Assembly: GCA_041862635.1 (NCBI GenBank)
Contig: JBGVTO010000195.1
Coordinates: forward strand, 1,523-65,522
DNA from: Phycisphaerae bacterium
Lineage (GTDB): Bacteria > Planctomycetota > Phycisphaerae > Sedimentisphaerales > Anaerobacaceae
Direction of reading: 5' to 3'
Length of the DNA: 64,000 nucleotides
The translations under genes and the position numbers were made by a program. This document shows, piece by piece, positions 16,777 to 24,633 of the stretch; the first letter of the stretch is position 1; the number at the start of each line of letters is the position of its first letter. The notes under the pieces are model-generated. The model was not told the DNA's origin, made no database searches, and worked only from the letters and a program-made list of their open reading frames with translations.

Positions 16777-18963
16777 TTACGGTGCCGGGGGATACAATCG
16801 AATATCATCAAAGTACATCATACCTGAGCCACCGGCTACCGGATTGTTCTTGTTACCCAGACCAAGGGAAATTGTATTGACATTTGCAAGGTTTATGCCG
16901 AATGCCTGCAGGTCGATAGTCCATTCCGTCCATCTGGTTACCTGTGCTGCCTCGGGATTATCGTGATTGACTACCGCGCTGCCGTTGAGAGCAGCATACA
17001 AAGTCTCGGCGGCATTAGCCGGATTGCCTCTGAACCAAATCGATAATGTGGTAATACCATTCTCGGTCCAGTCACGCGGATAGGTCAATGTCAACGTCGC
17101 TTCAGAGTAACCAACGCTATTGTCGTAGAAGAGCGGCATCGACTGGTTGCCTCCGTGAACGATAGTTTGCTCGGCAAAGGGCGGATTGTCATAACCAACT
17201 AAAGAGCCATTTGTAGGATCATCGTATCCGTCTATCCACGCGAGAAATATCCTGTTGCTGGCGGGGTCCTCGGGATTAAGGTCATTGTAGCTCTCGAAAT
17301 CGTCCACGACAAGGAAGTTGGCTGTCGTAAAGCTCCATACATTACCTGTCCACGGACTGTCGGGATTGGTATTATTGGCCTCGTCGATTCGCCAATAGTA
17401 AGTGGTATTCCAAAGGAGTTTTGCTGGTTCATAGCTCTCAGCACCAAGGTTTCCTGTGCCCTTATACTCCGGCGAACCGGCATCGGCATTTCGTACTGTC
17501 TCTTTGTCTGTGCCGAAATAGACCTGATGCGAATCGGCATAGACTCCCCGTGTCCAGGTGAGAATCGGAGTATGCTTTACATCCACAGCGCCGTTGGCCG
17601 GGACCGAGCTCCCGACGGCGCCCTCAGTAGTAAAGCTCCAGACGCCGCCTTTATACGTATCGACGGCATCGAACTCATCGACCCGCCAGTAGTAGGTCTT
17701 AGCCAATTCAAGTGTGCCGGGAGAATAGTTTGCACCTCCCTGTGGGAGTCCACCAGCGGCATTGCTCACCTCATCAAAGTTGTCACCGAAATATACTGTG
17801 TGCAATTTCGAACCGAAGCCTCCCGTCCAGCTCAGAGTTATATCCGTCTCTACCTGCTCTGCGGCATCAGCCGGGACTGGGTAGTAGGCGGTCTTGGGGG
17901 GAACCGAAAAGCTCCAGATATCACCTTTCCAGGGACTGTTCGGCTCAGCTTCATTGACCTCGTCGATTCGCCAGTAGTAAGTTGTGCCGGGAACAAGACC
18001 ATCCGGATAAGGAAATCCTGGGAAGCCGACAACAATAAACGTTTCGGCCTGGTTACCAACAAACGTGCCTTCGGCGCCGGCGTCCACATCATCAAAATTT
18101 TCACCAACATACACATCGTGTGAGACCGCGAGACCTCCCGGTAACCAGCTAAGGTTTGCCCATGTATCCGGATGTAGGGCACCATCCTCCGGCTTGGGGG
18201 CCAAGGCGTAAGGCCATACCTCACCTTCCATCGCGCCCATTATTTCGGGCACCGACAAGGCATGGTTGTAAATCCTTACATCGTCGATCGCGCCAATCCA
18301 GTCGCAGCCCCACCCATCCGAGCCGATGAGCACAGGTGTCTGACTGCTGGTAATTGGGCCCATTGGGGTCGAATCGGTCTCCTCTCCATTGAGATAGCAT
18401 TTCAGCGTCGTCCCGTCATACGAGCACGCGATATGGCACCACTCATAGCGCTCCAGATTTCTGCCGACGAAGGCCCAGGCCCTCGGCGACGTATTGAACG
18501 TAAACGCCATGTAGGGCTCAGGACCGCCCCAGCCGTATCGAACCTGCCAGCTCCAGCTGGGACTCATCGTGCTCAACGCCTTGCACATCGGCGCTGTCTC
18601 ACCGCCAGGGCTGCCCTGACCCTCCGGATCATCCGCGTCAGGTCTTATCCAGAGGGCTATGGAGGTCGGCCCGGTGATATCCAGGCTGGAGCTATGGCCG
18701 CAATCGATGTAGTTCACACTGCCATAGACCGAGGTGTCGCCATAGAACTCCAGGGCTGTCCCGCTGATGCCGGGAATCCATGTGGGATCGTCGAAGTCGG
18801 GATTGTCCAGAAAGGTCCCGTCGTTGCCGTTACCGCTCGAATCGTAAACCGTGGTGCCGGAACCCTCGTCGAGCCTCCAGTGACCCACCAAATCGGCCCA
18901 CACACTGCCTGAGACGCTCAGGACAAGAATAAAAGAAACCAGATAAATCATTTTTCTACACAT
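16777..18963 (-). CDS. secreted LamG-domain protein with three YYWR(I/V)DE repeat domains and a C-terminal jelly-roll-like module
   Basis: Signal peptide. DLVGHWRLDEGSG...GNGNDGT LamG N-terminus. Three repeats of about 95 aa ending in W(S)F(T/S). C-terminal module shared with 19108..21597. Confidence 0.85.
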   Translation of the reverse strand: MCRKMIYLVSFILVLSVSGSVWADLVGHWRLDEGSGTTVYDSSGNGNDGTFLDNPDFDDPTWIPGISGTALEFYGDTSVYGSVNYIDCGHSSSLDITGPTSIALWIRPDADDPEGQGSPGGETAPMCKALSTMSPSWSWQVRYGWGGPEPYMAFTFNTSPRAWAFVGRNLERYEWCHIACSYDGTTLKCYLNGEETDSTPMGPITSSQTPVLIGSDGWGCDWIGAIDDVRIYNHALSVPEIMGAMEGEVWPYALAPKPEDGALHPDTWANLSWLPGGLAVSHDVYVGENFDDVDAGAEGTFVGNQAETFIVVGFPGFPYPDGLVPGTTYYWRIDEVNEAEPNSPWKGDIWSFSVPPKTAYYPVPADAAEQVETDITLSWTGGFGSKLHTVYFGDNFDEVSNAAGGLPQGGANYSPGTLELAKTYYWRVDEFDAVDTYKGGVWSFTTEGAVGSSVPANGAVDVKHTPILTWTRGVYADSHQVYFGTDKETVRNADAGSPEYKGTGNLGAESYEPAKLLWNTTYYWRIDEANNTNPDSPWTGNVWSFTTANFLVVDDFESYNDLNPEDPASNRIFLAWIDGYDDPTNGSLVGYDNPPFAEQTIVHGGNQSMPLFYDNSVGYSEATLTLTYPRDWTENGITTLSIWFRGNPANAAETLYAALNGSAVVNHDNPEAAQVTRWTEWTIDLQAFGINLANVNTISLGLGNKNNPVAGGSGMMYFDDIRLYPPAP

Positions 18964-19107
18964 AATGTTCCTCCTTCAAAAAGTTAAATTAAAACAGTTA
19001 TATATTATGTTTTGGCCACACACCAAAATATTCGTTTTTTCAACAGGCATCAGAAAGCTCATCTATGAGAATGTCACTCACACAGCTTATGGTGCTTTTT
19101 GTTCCGG

Positions 19108-21597
19108 CTATGGCAGTAGAGCATACAGCCGAATATCATCGAAGTACATCGTACCTGAACCACCGGCTACCGGATTCTTCTTGTTACCGAGACCAAGTGA
19201 AATCGTATTGACATTGGCAAGGTTCACGCCCTGGTCTGCAAATGCCGGTAGGTCGATATTCCATCGGGTCCACTCTTCTATTTGTGGTGCATCAGGATTA
19301 TCGTGATTGACCACCGCACTGCCATTGAGAGCAACGTATAAAGTCTCAGCAGCGTTATCCGAAATGCCCCTGAACCAAATTGTTAATGTGGTCACACCAT
19401 TCTCGGTCCAGTCACGTGGATAAGTCAGTGTCTTTTCCACCTCTGAATACCTGAGGATGCTGTTGTCATAGAATACAGGCATCGACTGGTTTCCTCCGTG
19501 AACGATAGTCTCCTCGGTAAAAGAAGGAGTGCTTTCGTCACCCACAGCCGAGCCGGTCCCATTACCGGCAAAGTAACCTGCAGTACCCGGAGTGCCATAG
19601 CCAAGCCCGTCATGCCATGTGAACCATATCTGGTTGTCACCGGCATCGTAGTCCTCAAAATCGTCCACAATAATGAAATTGGCCGTCGTAAAGCTCCAGA
19701 TATTACCGTTCTGTATCGTACCGTCGTCCTTGACTTCATCAACACGCCAGTAGTAAGTTGTGCCCCACTCAAGCTGTCCGGCGTCATAGCTCTCGGAACC
19801 AAGGTTTCTGGTGCCTTTGTATTCCGGCGAATTTGTATTGGCATTTTTCACAGCCTCTTCATCGGTACCGAAATACACCTGATGCGAAGTGGTATTGTCT
19901 CCCGGTCTCCAGCTTAGAACCTGTATCTGCGTTACATCCACAGCACCACCTGACGGACTCGGACTCCCGGCCTTCAACGGAGGCTGCAGCGCACCGCTGG
20001 GAATAATCTGCTGTTCCCGCTTGCTGCTCTCCCAGAACAGCTGGGCAATCGCCGTGTCCTCGCCTTCGAAATACTCCATCCAAATTGAGTGGGTATCGCC
20101 ACTTATCAGTTCGATCGGTTCACTCAGGCGATTGCTTGTCGTGCCATTGTTCCAAAAATCGATAATGGGCTTACCATCCAGCCATAGCCTGAAACCGTTG
20201 TTGGCGGTAATTTGGAAAATATATGTGTCCGTCAGGTCCACCTCAAGCTCGCCGCTCCAGCGGGCCGAAAAGTTGTCAACATTGATACTCGCATCGGGAG
20301 AATTCCTTCCAGGCTCGTCAGCATTGCCCCAGTTAAAGTCGATTTCGGAGTCCAGGCGTGTCAGTACCGGCTCACCACTGAGGGTCCTGTTGTTGAAGTA
20401 CTCTGCCTTGAGGCCGCCGCCGGCCTTGGTAATCGTGAAGCTCCAGACGTCGCCTTTCTCTGTAGCGGCGCCGCTAAACTCATCGACCCGCCAATAATAA
20501 GTCTTCTCTAATTCAAGTGTGCCGGGTCTATAGGTTGTTTCCGCCCGGGGCAGACCTACAACAGCGTTGTTAACATCGTCAAAGTTGTCACCGAAAAATA
20601 TGGTGTGCAATTTCGAACCGAATCCCGGGGCCCAGCTAAGGATTATATTCGAGTCCACAAATTTGGCCCCATCAGGTGGACTTGGATCGTACGCAATCCT
20701 TGAGGGAACTCTAAAACTCCAGACAGGACCTTTCCAGGGACTGTTCGAGTCGGTGTCGTTGACCTCATCGATTCGCCAATAGTAAGTTGTGCCTGGAACA
20801 AGACCATCCGGATAAGGAAACCCGGGAAAGCCGACAATAAAAGAGGTCGAGCTCTGGTTGCCCCGGAATGTATCGCCGAGGCCGTTGTTCACATCGTCAA
20901 AATTTTCGCCCAAATAGACATCATGTGATACCGCAAAATCTCCCGGAAACCAGGTAAGATTAACCCATGTATCCTCAACTATGGCGTCATCAGCCGGAGT
21001 TGGATTCACGGCACGGCCACGTGTCTGGACTTCAGGCTCAGCGCCAAAATACACCCAATCAAACCAGACTTTTTTGTTCAGATCCTCACCCGTCATGGGC
21101 CACCACTGACCCTTCAACATCAGATAAAGAGTCAGGATTTCTCCACCCTCATCTCCGATAGTATCGCCGGTATGGGTATACTCGAAAAGATATTTCTGTG
21201 CTGTGGTTGTTAGTTCCATTGTCTCGTTCACATAGGTAGGCCAGGTACCATCAATACTCGCCTGGAGTAACAATACCATTTGTCTGTCTTCCTCCGCTTT
21301 GGCCATAAATCCGATCGGATATGTTACACCCGGCTCAATAATCAGACCTGACTGGGAAATCCCTATGCTGGCTGTTGCAGAAGCGTTGGTAACATCGAAC
21401 ATTACCGCGTTATTCCCTGATAGGCCGGCACCGGGCACTACTTCAAAAGTAAAGCCTGCCCCCCCGTACGAGCCCCATGAAAGGAGACCATTATCAAACT
21501 CGCCGTTAATAATCTGATTTTCCTGACCCAGAGAGATTGACCCGGACAGCACACAAGCCAAAACAAAAGAAGTTAAAAAAATCACTTTCTTAGACAT
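19108..21597 (-). CDS. secreted CBM-like + PA14-domain protein, paralog of the LamG protein
   Basis: Signal peptide. N-terminal NGEFDNGLLSWG CBM4/9-like module. PA14 block (LKAEYFNN...FSARWSGEL...FRLWLDG). Same three YYWR(I/V)DE repeats and C-terminal module as 16777..18963. Confidence 0.85.
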   Translation of the reverse strand: MSKKVIFLTSFVLACVLSGSISLGQENQIINGEFDNGLLSWGSYGGAGFTFEVVPGAGLSGNNAVMFDVTNASATASIGISQSGLIIEPGVTYPIGFMAKAEEDRQMVLLLQASIDGTWPTYVNETMELTTTAQKYLFEYTHTGDTIGDEGGEILTLYLMLKGQWWPMTGEDLNKKVWFDWVYFGAEPEVQTRGRAVNPTPADDAIVEDTWVNLTWFPGDFAVSHDVYLGENFDDVNNGLGDTFRGNQSSTSFIVGFPGFPYPDGLVPGTTYYWRIDEVNDTDSNSPWKGPVWSFRVPSRIAYDPSPPDGAKFVDSNIILSWAPGFGSKLHTIFFGDNFDDVNNAVVGLPRAETTYRPGTLELEKTYYWRVDEFSGAATEKGDVWSFTITKAGGGLKAEYFNNRTLSGEPVLTRLDSEIDFNWGNADEPGRNSPDASINVDNFSARWSGELEVDLTDTYIFQITANNGFRLWLDGKPIIDFWNNGTTSNRLSEPIELISGDTHSIWMEYFEGEDTAIAQLFWESSKREQQIIPSGALQPPLKAGSPSPSGGAVDVTQIQVLSWRPGDNTTSHQVYFGTDEEAVKNANTNSPEYKGTRNLGSESYDAGQLEWGTTYYWRVDEVKDDGTIQNGNIWSFTTANFIIVDDFEDYDAGDNQIWFTWHDGLGYGTPGTAGYFAGNGTGSAVGDESTPSFTEETIVHGGNQSMPVFYDNSILRYSEVEKTLTYPRDWTENGVTTLTIWFRGISDNAAETLYVALNGSAVVNHDNPDAPQIEEWTRWNIDLPAFADQGVNLANVNTISLGLGNKKNPVAGGSGTMYFDDIRLYALLP

Positions 21598-22270
21598 AAT
21601 AATCCTCCTTCACCCCGTCCAGTCTTTGCCGCAAGGCATCCTGCGGACGACGGACGGGATTCATAAAATTAATATAGGTTGTTAATTGAAATGTAAAATA
21701 TCTTCACTGTGAGCACAAAGTCGCCGTTCCAACACTTTGCCTCGCATAATACACATCCTCCTCTATTTGGAAAATTACTCGTCGGGGCGGAGCCCGCCGC
21801 AGCCCGACAATAATTGCGCCCGCTCGACTGTGCAGGCACAAGCTTTACCCAGCCCCTGCGGCAGGGGCTGGGTTCACTATTGTTGTTTATACCAAATCAG
21901 CCACCTTCCCGTCAAGTACAATCTCTTAGTTATGCATTGGTATGCCTTTTTGATTAAACTACGCAGAAACGTAGAAAGGGCAGGGGGCACATCGCTAACC
22001 TGGTGTAATTTCTTCAACCTATGTCGGACGTGTTCAAAAAAAGCCCTTAAGCCTATTTTTTTGAATCTTATAGAGGGCCCATCAGCTTCCAATTTTTAAG
22101 CGCCTGGGAGACCATTTCAAGGTCATGTTTTCAGAGTTCGTGTTTAAAATCCGAGGAGAATTGTATCTCGACATTAGCACCATCAGTTACATCTCAGGGC
22201 TTTGCTTTTACCAGGCCCCTAAAAATTATTTTCTTGATATACTGGTTAAGCTGGTGTATTTTTTTTGATT

Positions 22271-22531
22271 ATGTCCAGTCGCTTTAAAACCATAATAAAT
22301 ATTACTGCTTTGTTCGTTATTATTGGCTTTGCGGTGTCCGTTTATTTTCTTTGCCGTTTTCATGATGCCAAAACCGCGAAAAAGGAAGAAATTATATATT
22401 TGCCGAAGTTCGCACCGGAATTTTTGAAAGACATCGCAAGAGAGGAGTATATACTCGTTGAGATAGAACCGAACGACCCCCGCATATCTAAAGAGTGGAT
22501 AAAAGAACATATAAACCAGCAGGAGTTTTAG
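22271..22531 (+). CDS. possible small membrane-anchored protein
   Basis: ORF with one hydrophobic segment. No clear RBS. Confidence 0.3.
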   Translation: MSSRFKTIINITALFVIIGFAVSVYFLCRFHDAKTAKKEEIIYLPKFAPEFLKDIAREEYILVEIEPNDPRISKEWIKEHINQQEF

Positions 22532-22626
22532 TTTTATTGTCCTTATTTTTTCCTTTTCTCCACGCTTCCTTAGTCCACTGCTCCTTTGTGCATTATATTT
22601 TATCCTTCTCTTATTTATATCTCGAA

Positions 22627-22664
22627 GGGCATTTAAACGCCGAACTCGTCTTGAGGGGTATCAT
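22627..22664 (+). repeat. conserved upstream motif, copy 2 (orphan)
   Basis: GGGCATTTAAACGCCGAACTCGTCTTGAGGGGTATCAT. Confidence 0.7.
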
Positions 22665-22689
22665 AACAGACTTCTTTCCGCAAATCACC

Positions 22690-22718
22690 TTGACCTCGCA
22701 AACAAAAAGGTCTATAAT
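22690..22718 (+). promoter_or_regulatory. orphan promoter TTGACC-17-TATAAT with no convincing downstream CDS
   Basis: Near-consensus hexamers at 22690-22695 and 22713-22718. Lies 32 nt downstream of a copy of the conserved upstream motif. Confidence 0.45.
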
Positions 22719-22878
22719 CATTCACATAACTAAGTCCCTGCTTTTTCTTCACTCACCATCCTCTAAAAGATTGCAGGGGCTTTTTCATCGAATGAAAAAA
22801 GCCAAGCACTATGTAGAAATAATGCCTGGATCGACCAATGCACAAGAACAATCTGTATGGACTTTTTTGTCAGGAACT

Positions 22879-23166
22879 TCAGGTCGAATTTTTTTTCTTC
22901 GCTGGTGGTTTGGGTTGTTCGATGCAACCGGTGGCTTCAGGAGTTCCCTTTATTTTGAGGTCAGGCTTACCTGAAAGAAGGCGTTGTACTTCCATTTTGT
23001 TATCCCATTTGTGAGAGTCGGGCCCATCGCATCCTGGTGACTCGGATTCGATTTCTGCCGTTACTTCTGGTGCTTCTTCAGACTCTTTCAACGGTGTTTC
23101 CTGAGAGGGTTCGGATGGTGTCTGTTGCGGCTCTTGAAGAACCTGAGATTTCTTTTTACGAGTCAT
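22879..23166 (-). CDS. small acidic hypothetical protein
   Basis: 95-aa ORF preceded by GGAGA RBS (cagggaaggagataaattATG). No recognisable family. Confidence 0.45.
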   Translation of the reverse strand: MTRKKKSQVLQEPQQTPSEPSQETPLKESEEAPEVTAEIESESPGCDGPDSHKWDNKMEVQRLLSGKPDLKIKGTPEATGCIEQPKPPAKKKNST

Positions 23167-23385
23167 AATTTATCTCCTTCCCTGTCATATGAAAATAAAC
23201 TTAACTTTGCATAACTATTTATCGGCGTGTTCAGGCAGCTACTTTATCCTTTTGCTAATCAAAAAACAGGCTTTGCGAACCTTATAACCAGGAATACCCT
23301 GCTCGCTTTTTCTGCTCGGCCTGGGTGCGGTGATGGTGAGAAGATAAAACCGCTCTTTTCGTTCTAATTTGCCTGAAAATCCCCG

Positions 23386-23669
23386 GACCCTATCTCAGAT
23401 ACCCTTCGGCATGAGTTTGGGTATTGTAGAACGCTAAAACCCCTCCCATAGTCGTCCTACAGAGAATCCTGAGCCGGTTTAACCTTTTAGCAGCGTATAT
23501 GGAGTTTGTCCGCTATTGCCCTTAAAACAACCGGGACCTATGCCGAATCATTCGATATAAGCCCTTAATTGATGTAAACCTGCTATATTAACCCCGTTAG
23601 ATATGAAAAATACGAAGTTATCTAACGGGGTTAACGACTCAATCTTAACTGCCAAATAAATCACACGAC
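23386..23669 (+). repeat. orphan copy of the pseudopilin/LamG intergenic element (parts A+B+C)
   Basis: Collinear with 14714..14815 and 16457..16776. Ends at the LamG-family gene remnant. Confidence 0.8.
23590..23632. repeat. CCCCGTTAGA-type palindromic hairpin (best copy)
   Basis: Perfect 14-bp arms AACCCCGTTAGATA / TATCTAACGGGGTT with a 15-nt loop. TTAA on both flanks. Confidence 0.8.
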
Positions 23670-23714
23670 TTACGGTGCCGGTTCCGGCGGTGGCCGATAC
23701 AGCCGAATATCGCG
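23670..23714 (-). pseudogene. 3'-terminal remnant (14 codons + stop) of a LamG/PA14-family paralog
   Basis: Reverse strand reads RDIRLYRPPPEPAP*, compared with DDIRLYPPAP* and DDIRLYALLP* at the ends of the two intact paralogs. It is followed by the same downstream non-coding sequence as 16457..16776. Confidence 0.6.
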
Positions 23715-23758
23715 TATGGTAAAATTTTCCTGAATTTCAAAAATAAATAAAAAAAACC

Positions 23759-23788
23759 TTGACAAAGTTAGGCAAGCCTAACTATATT
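23759..23788 (+). promoter_or_regulatory. promoter TTGACA-18-TATATT containing a DtxR/IdeR-like box AGTTAGGCAAGCCTAACT
   Basis: 8-2-8 palindrome at 23766-23783 fills the spacer. TTAGGC half-sites resemble iron-box half-sites. Upstream of the dtxR-like-feoAB genes. Confidence 0.6.
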
Positions 23789-23820
23789 AGCCAAAACGCA
23801 CAAAATAAGGAAAAATAGCT

Positions 23821-24282
23821 ATGGTCACAGCGAAAAGTGATAACCTGAGTGCCTCTTTGGAAGATTATCTCGAGGCCATTCTCAATCTTACCAATGAGTC
23901 CAACGTCGCCCGCAGCAGGGACATAGCCGAACAGCTCGGTGTCTCCAGAGCATCTGTTACTGGCGCGTTGCGGGTCCTGAAGAAAAAGGGACTGGCTAAC
24001 TATAAGCCATACGATTACGTAACACTCACCAAATCCGGCAGGATTGCTGCAGCCGAGATTGCCAATAAACATAATATCCTGAAGTCTTTTTTCGTCAACG
24101 TCTTAGTTGTCGAGTCGGATGTTGCCCAGCAGGCCGCCTGCAAAGCTGAACATGAGCTTGGTCCGGAGATTATTGAAAAGCTTCTGTGTTTTATCGAGTT
24201 TGTAACCCAAAGCAGCAAAAATGGTTGTGATTTGGCGAATGAATTCCAGAAATTCTGTAATAAAAAGAATCAGAACATCTAA
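23821..24282 (+). CDS. DtxR-family metal-dependent transcriptional repressor
   Basis: N-terminal LEDYLEAI...ARSRDIAEQLGVSRASVTGALRVLKKKGL wHTH, typical of DtxR/MntR. Confidence 0.85.
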   Translation: MVTAKSDNLSASLEDYLEAILNLTNESNVARSRDIAEQLGVSRASVTGALRVLKKKGLANYKPYDYVTLTKSGRIAAAEIANKHNILKSFFVNVLVVESDVAQQAACKAEHELGPEIIEKLLCFIEFVTQSSKNGCDLANEFQKFCNKKNQNI

Positions 24283-24300
24283 GTAAGCGAGCTAACAGCA

Positions 24301-24534
24301 ATGGAGCAAAAGAAAGCAAGGCCGTTGTCAAAGGTTCAGGCCGGAGAAACGGTAAAGTTAGTCGGCATAGAGGCCGGACGGGGCTTAAACAGCCGGCTTG
24401 CCTCAATGGGGCTTGTGCCAAACGTGAAAATAACAGTCGTAAACAACAGCCGTCCCGGACCTTTCGTGATAAGCGTCAAAAACTCGAAGATGATGTTAGG
24501 CAGGGGGATGGCTCATAAGATTATGGTTATGTGA
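24301..24534 (+). CDS. feoA: ferrous iron transport protein A
   Basis: 77-aa FeoA/SH3-like domain (L..V..GE...V....G..L..RL..MGL.PG) directly upstream of feoB. Confidence 0.85.
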   Translation: MEQKKARPLSKVQAGETVKLVGIEAGRGLNSRLASMGLVPNVKITVVNNSRPGPFVISVKNSKMMLGRGMAHKIMVM

Positions 24535-24633
24535 AAAGCCGCAGCTTTTGCGCGAACCATATTTTTAGACGCGAAAATTCATTCAACTTAACTTTCGCAG
24601 CAAAAACAAAGCTGTGAAACAGACCGCAGGATT

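Noticed and set aside
17232-20511. Antisense or alternative-frame ORFs (up to 216 aa) within the LamG and PA14 genes.
   Set aside because: The sense frames encode signal peptides and recognisable domains over their full length. The alternative ORFs have no RBS and Arg/Pro/Ser-rich junk composition.
21737-22974. ORFs 21737-22099 (+), 21877-22092 (-), 22226-22510 (-) and 22495-22974 (+).
   Set aside because: They have no RBS, overlap one another, and have odd composition. They span promoter and motif sequences. I treated them as non-coding and kept only the weak candidate 22271-22531 at low confidence.
23386-23714. A duplicated LamG 3' end plus flank, considered as a possible diversity-generating retroelement template/variable repeat pair.
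   Set aside because: No reverse transcriptase is present. The similarity extends mainly through non-coding DNA downstream of the stop codon. Mismatches are not restricted to adenines. It is better explained as a decayed paralog.
11765-23714. A possible genomic island integrated at tRNA-Pro, because accessory secreted-protein genes start next to the tRNA.
   Set aside because: I saw no integrase, no direct repeat of the tRNA 3' end, and no mobility genes. The accessory genes also lie on the 5' side of the tRNA rather than at its 3' end.
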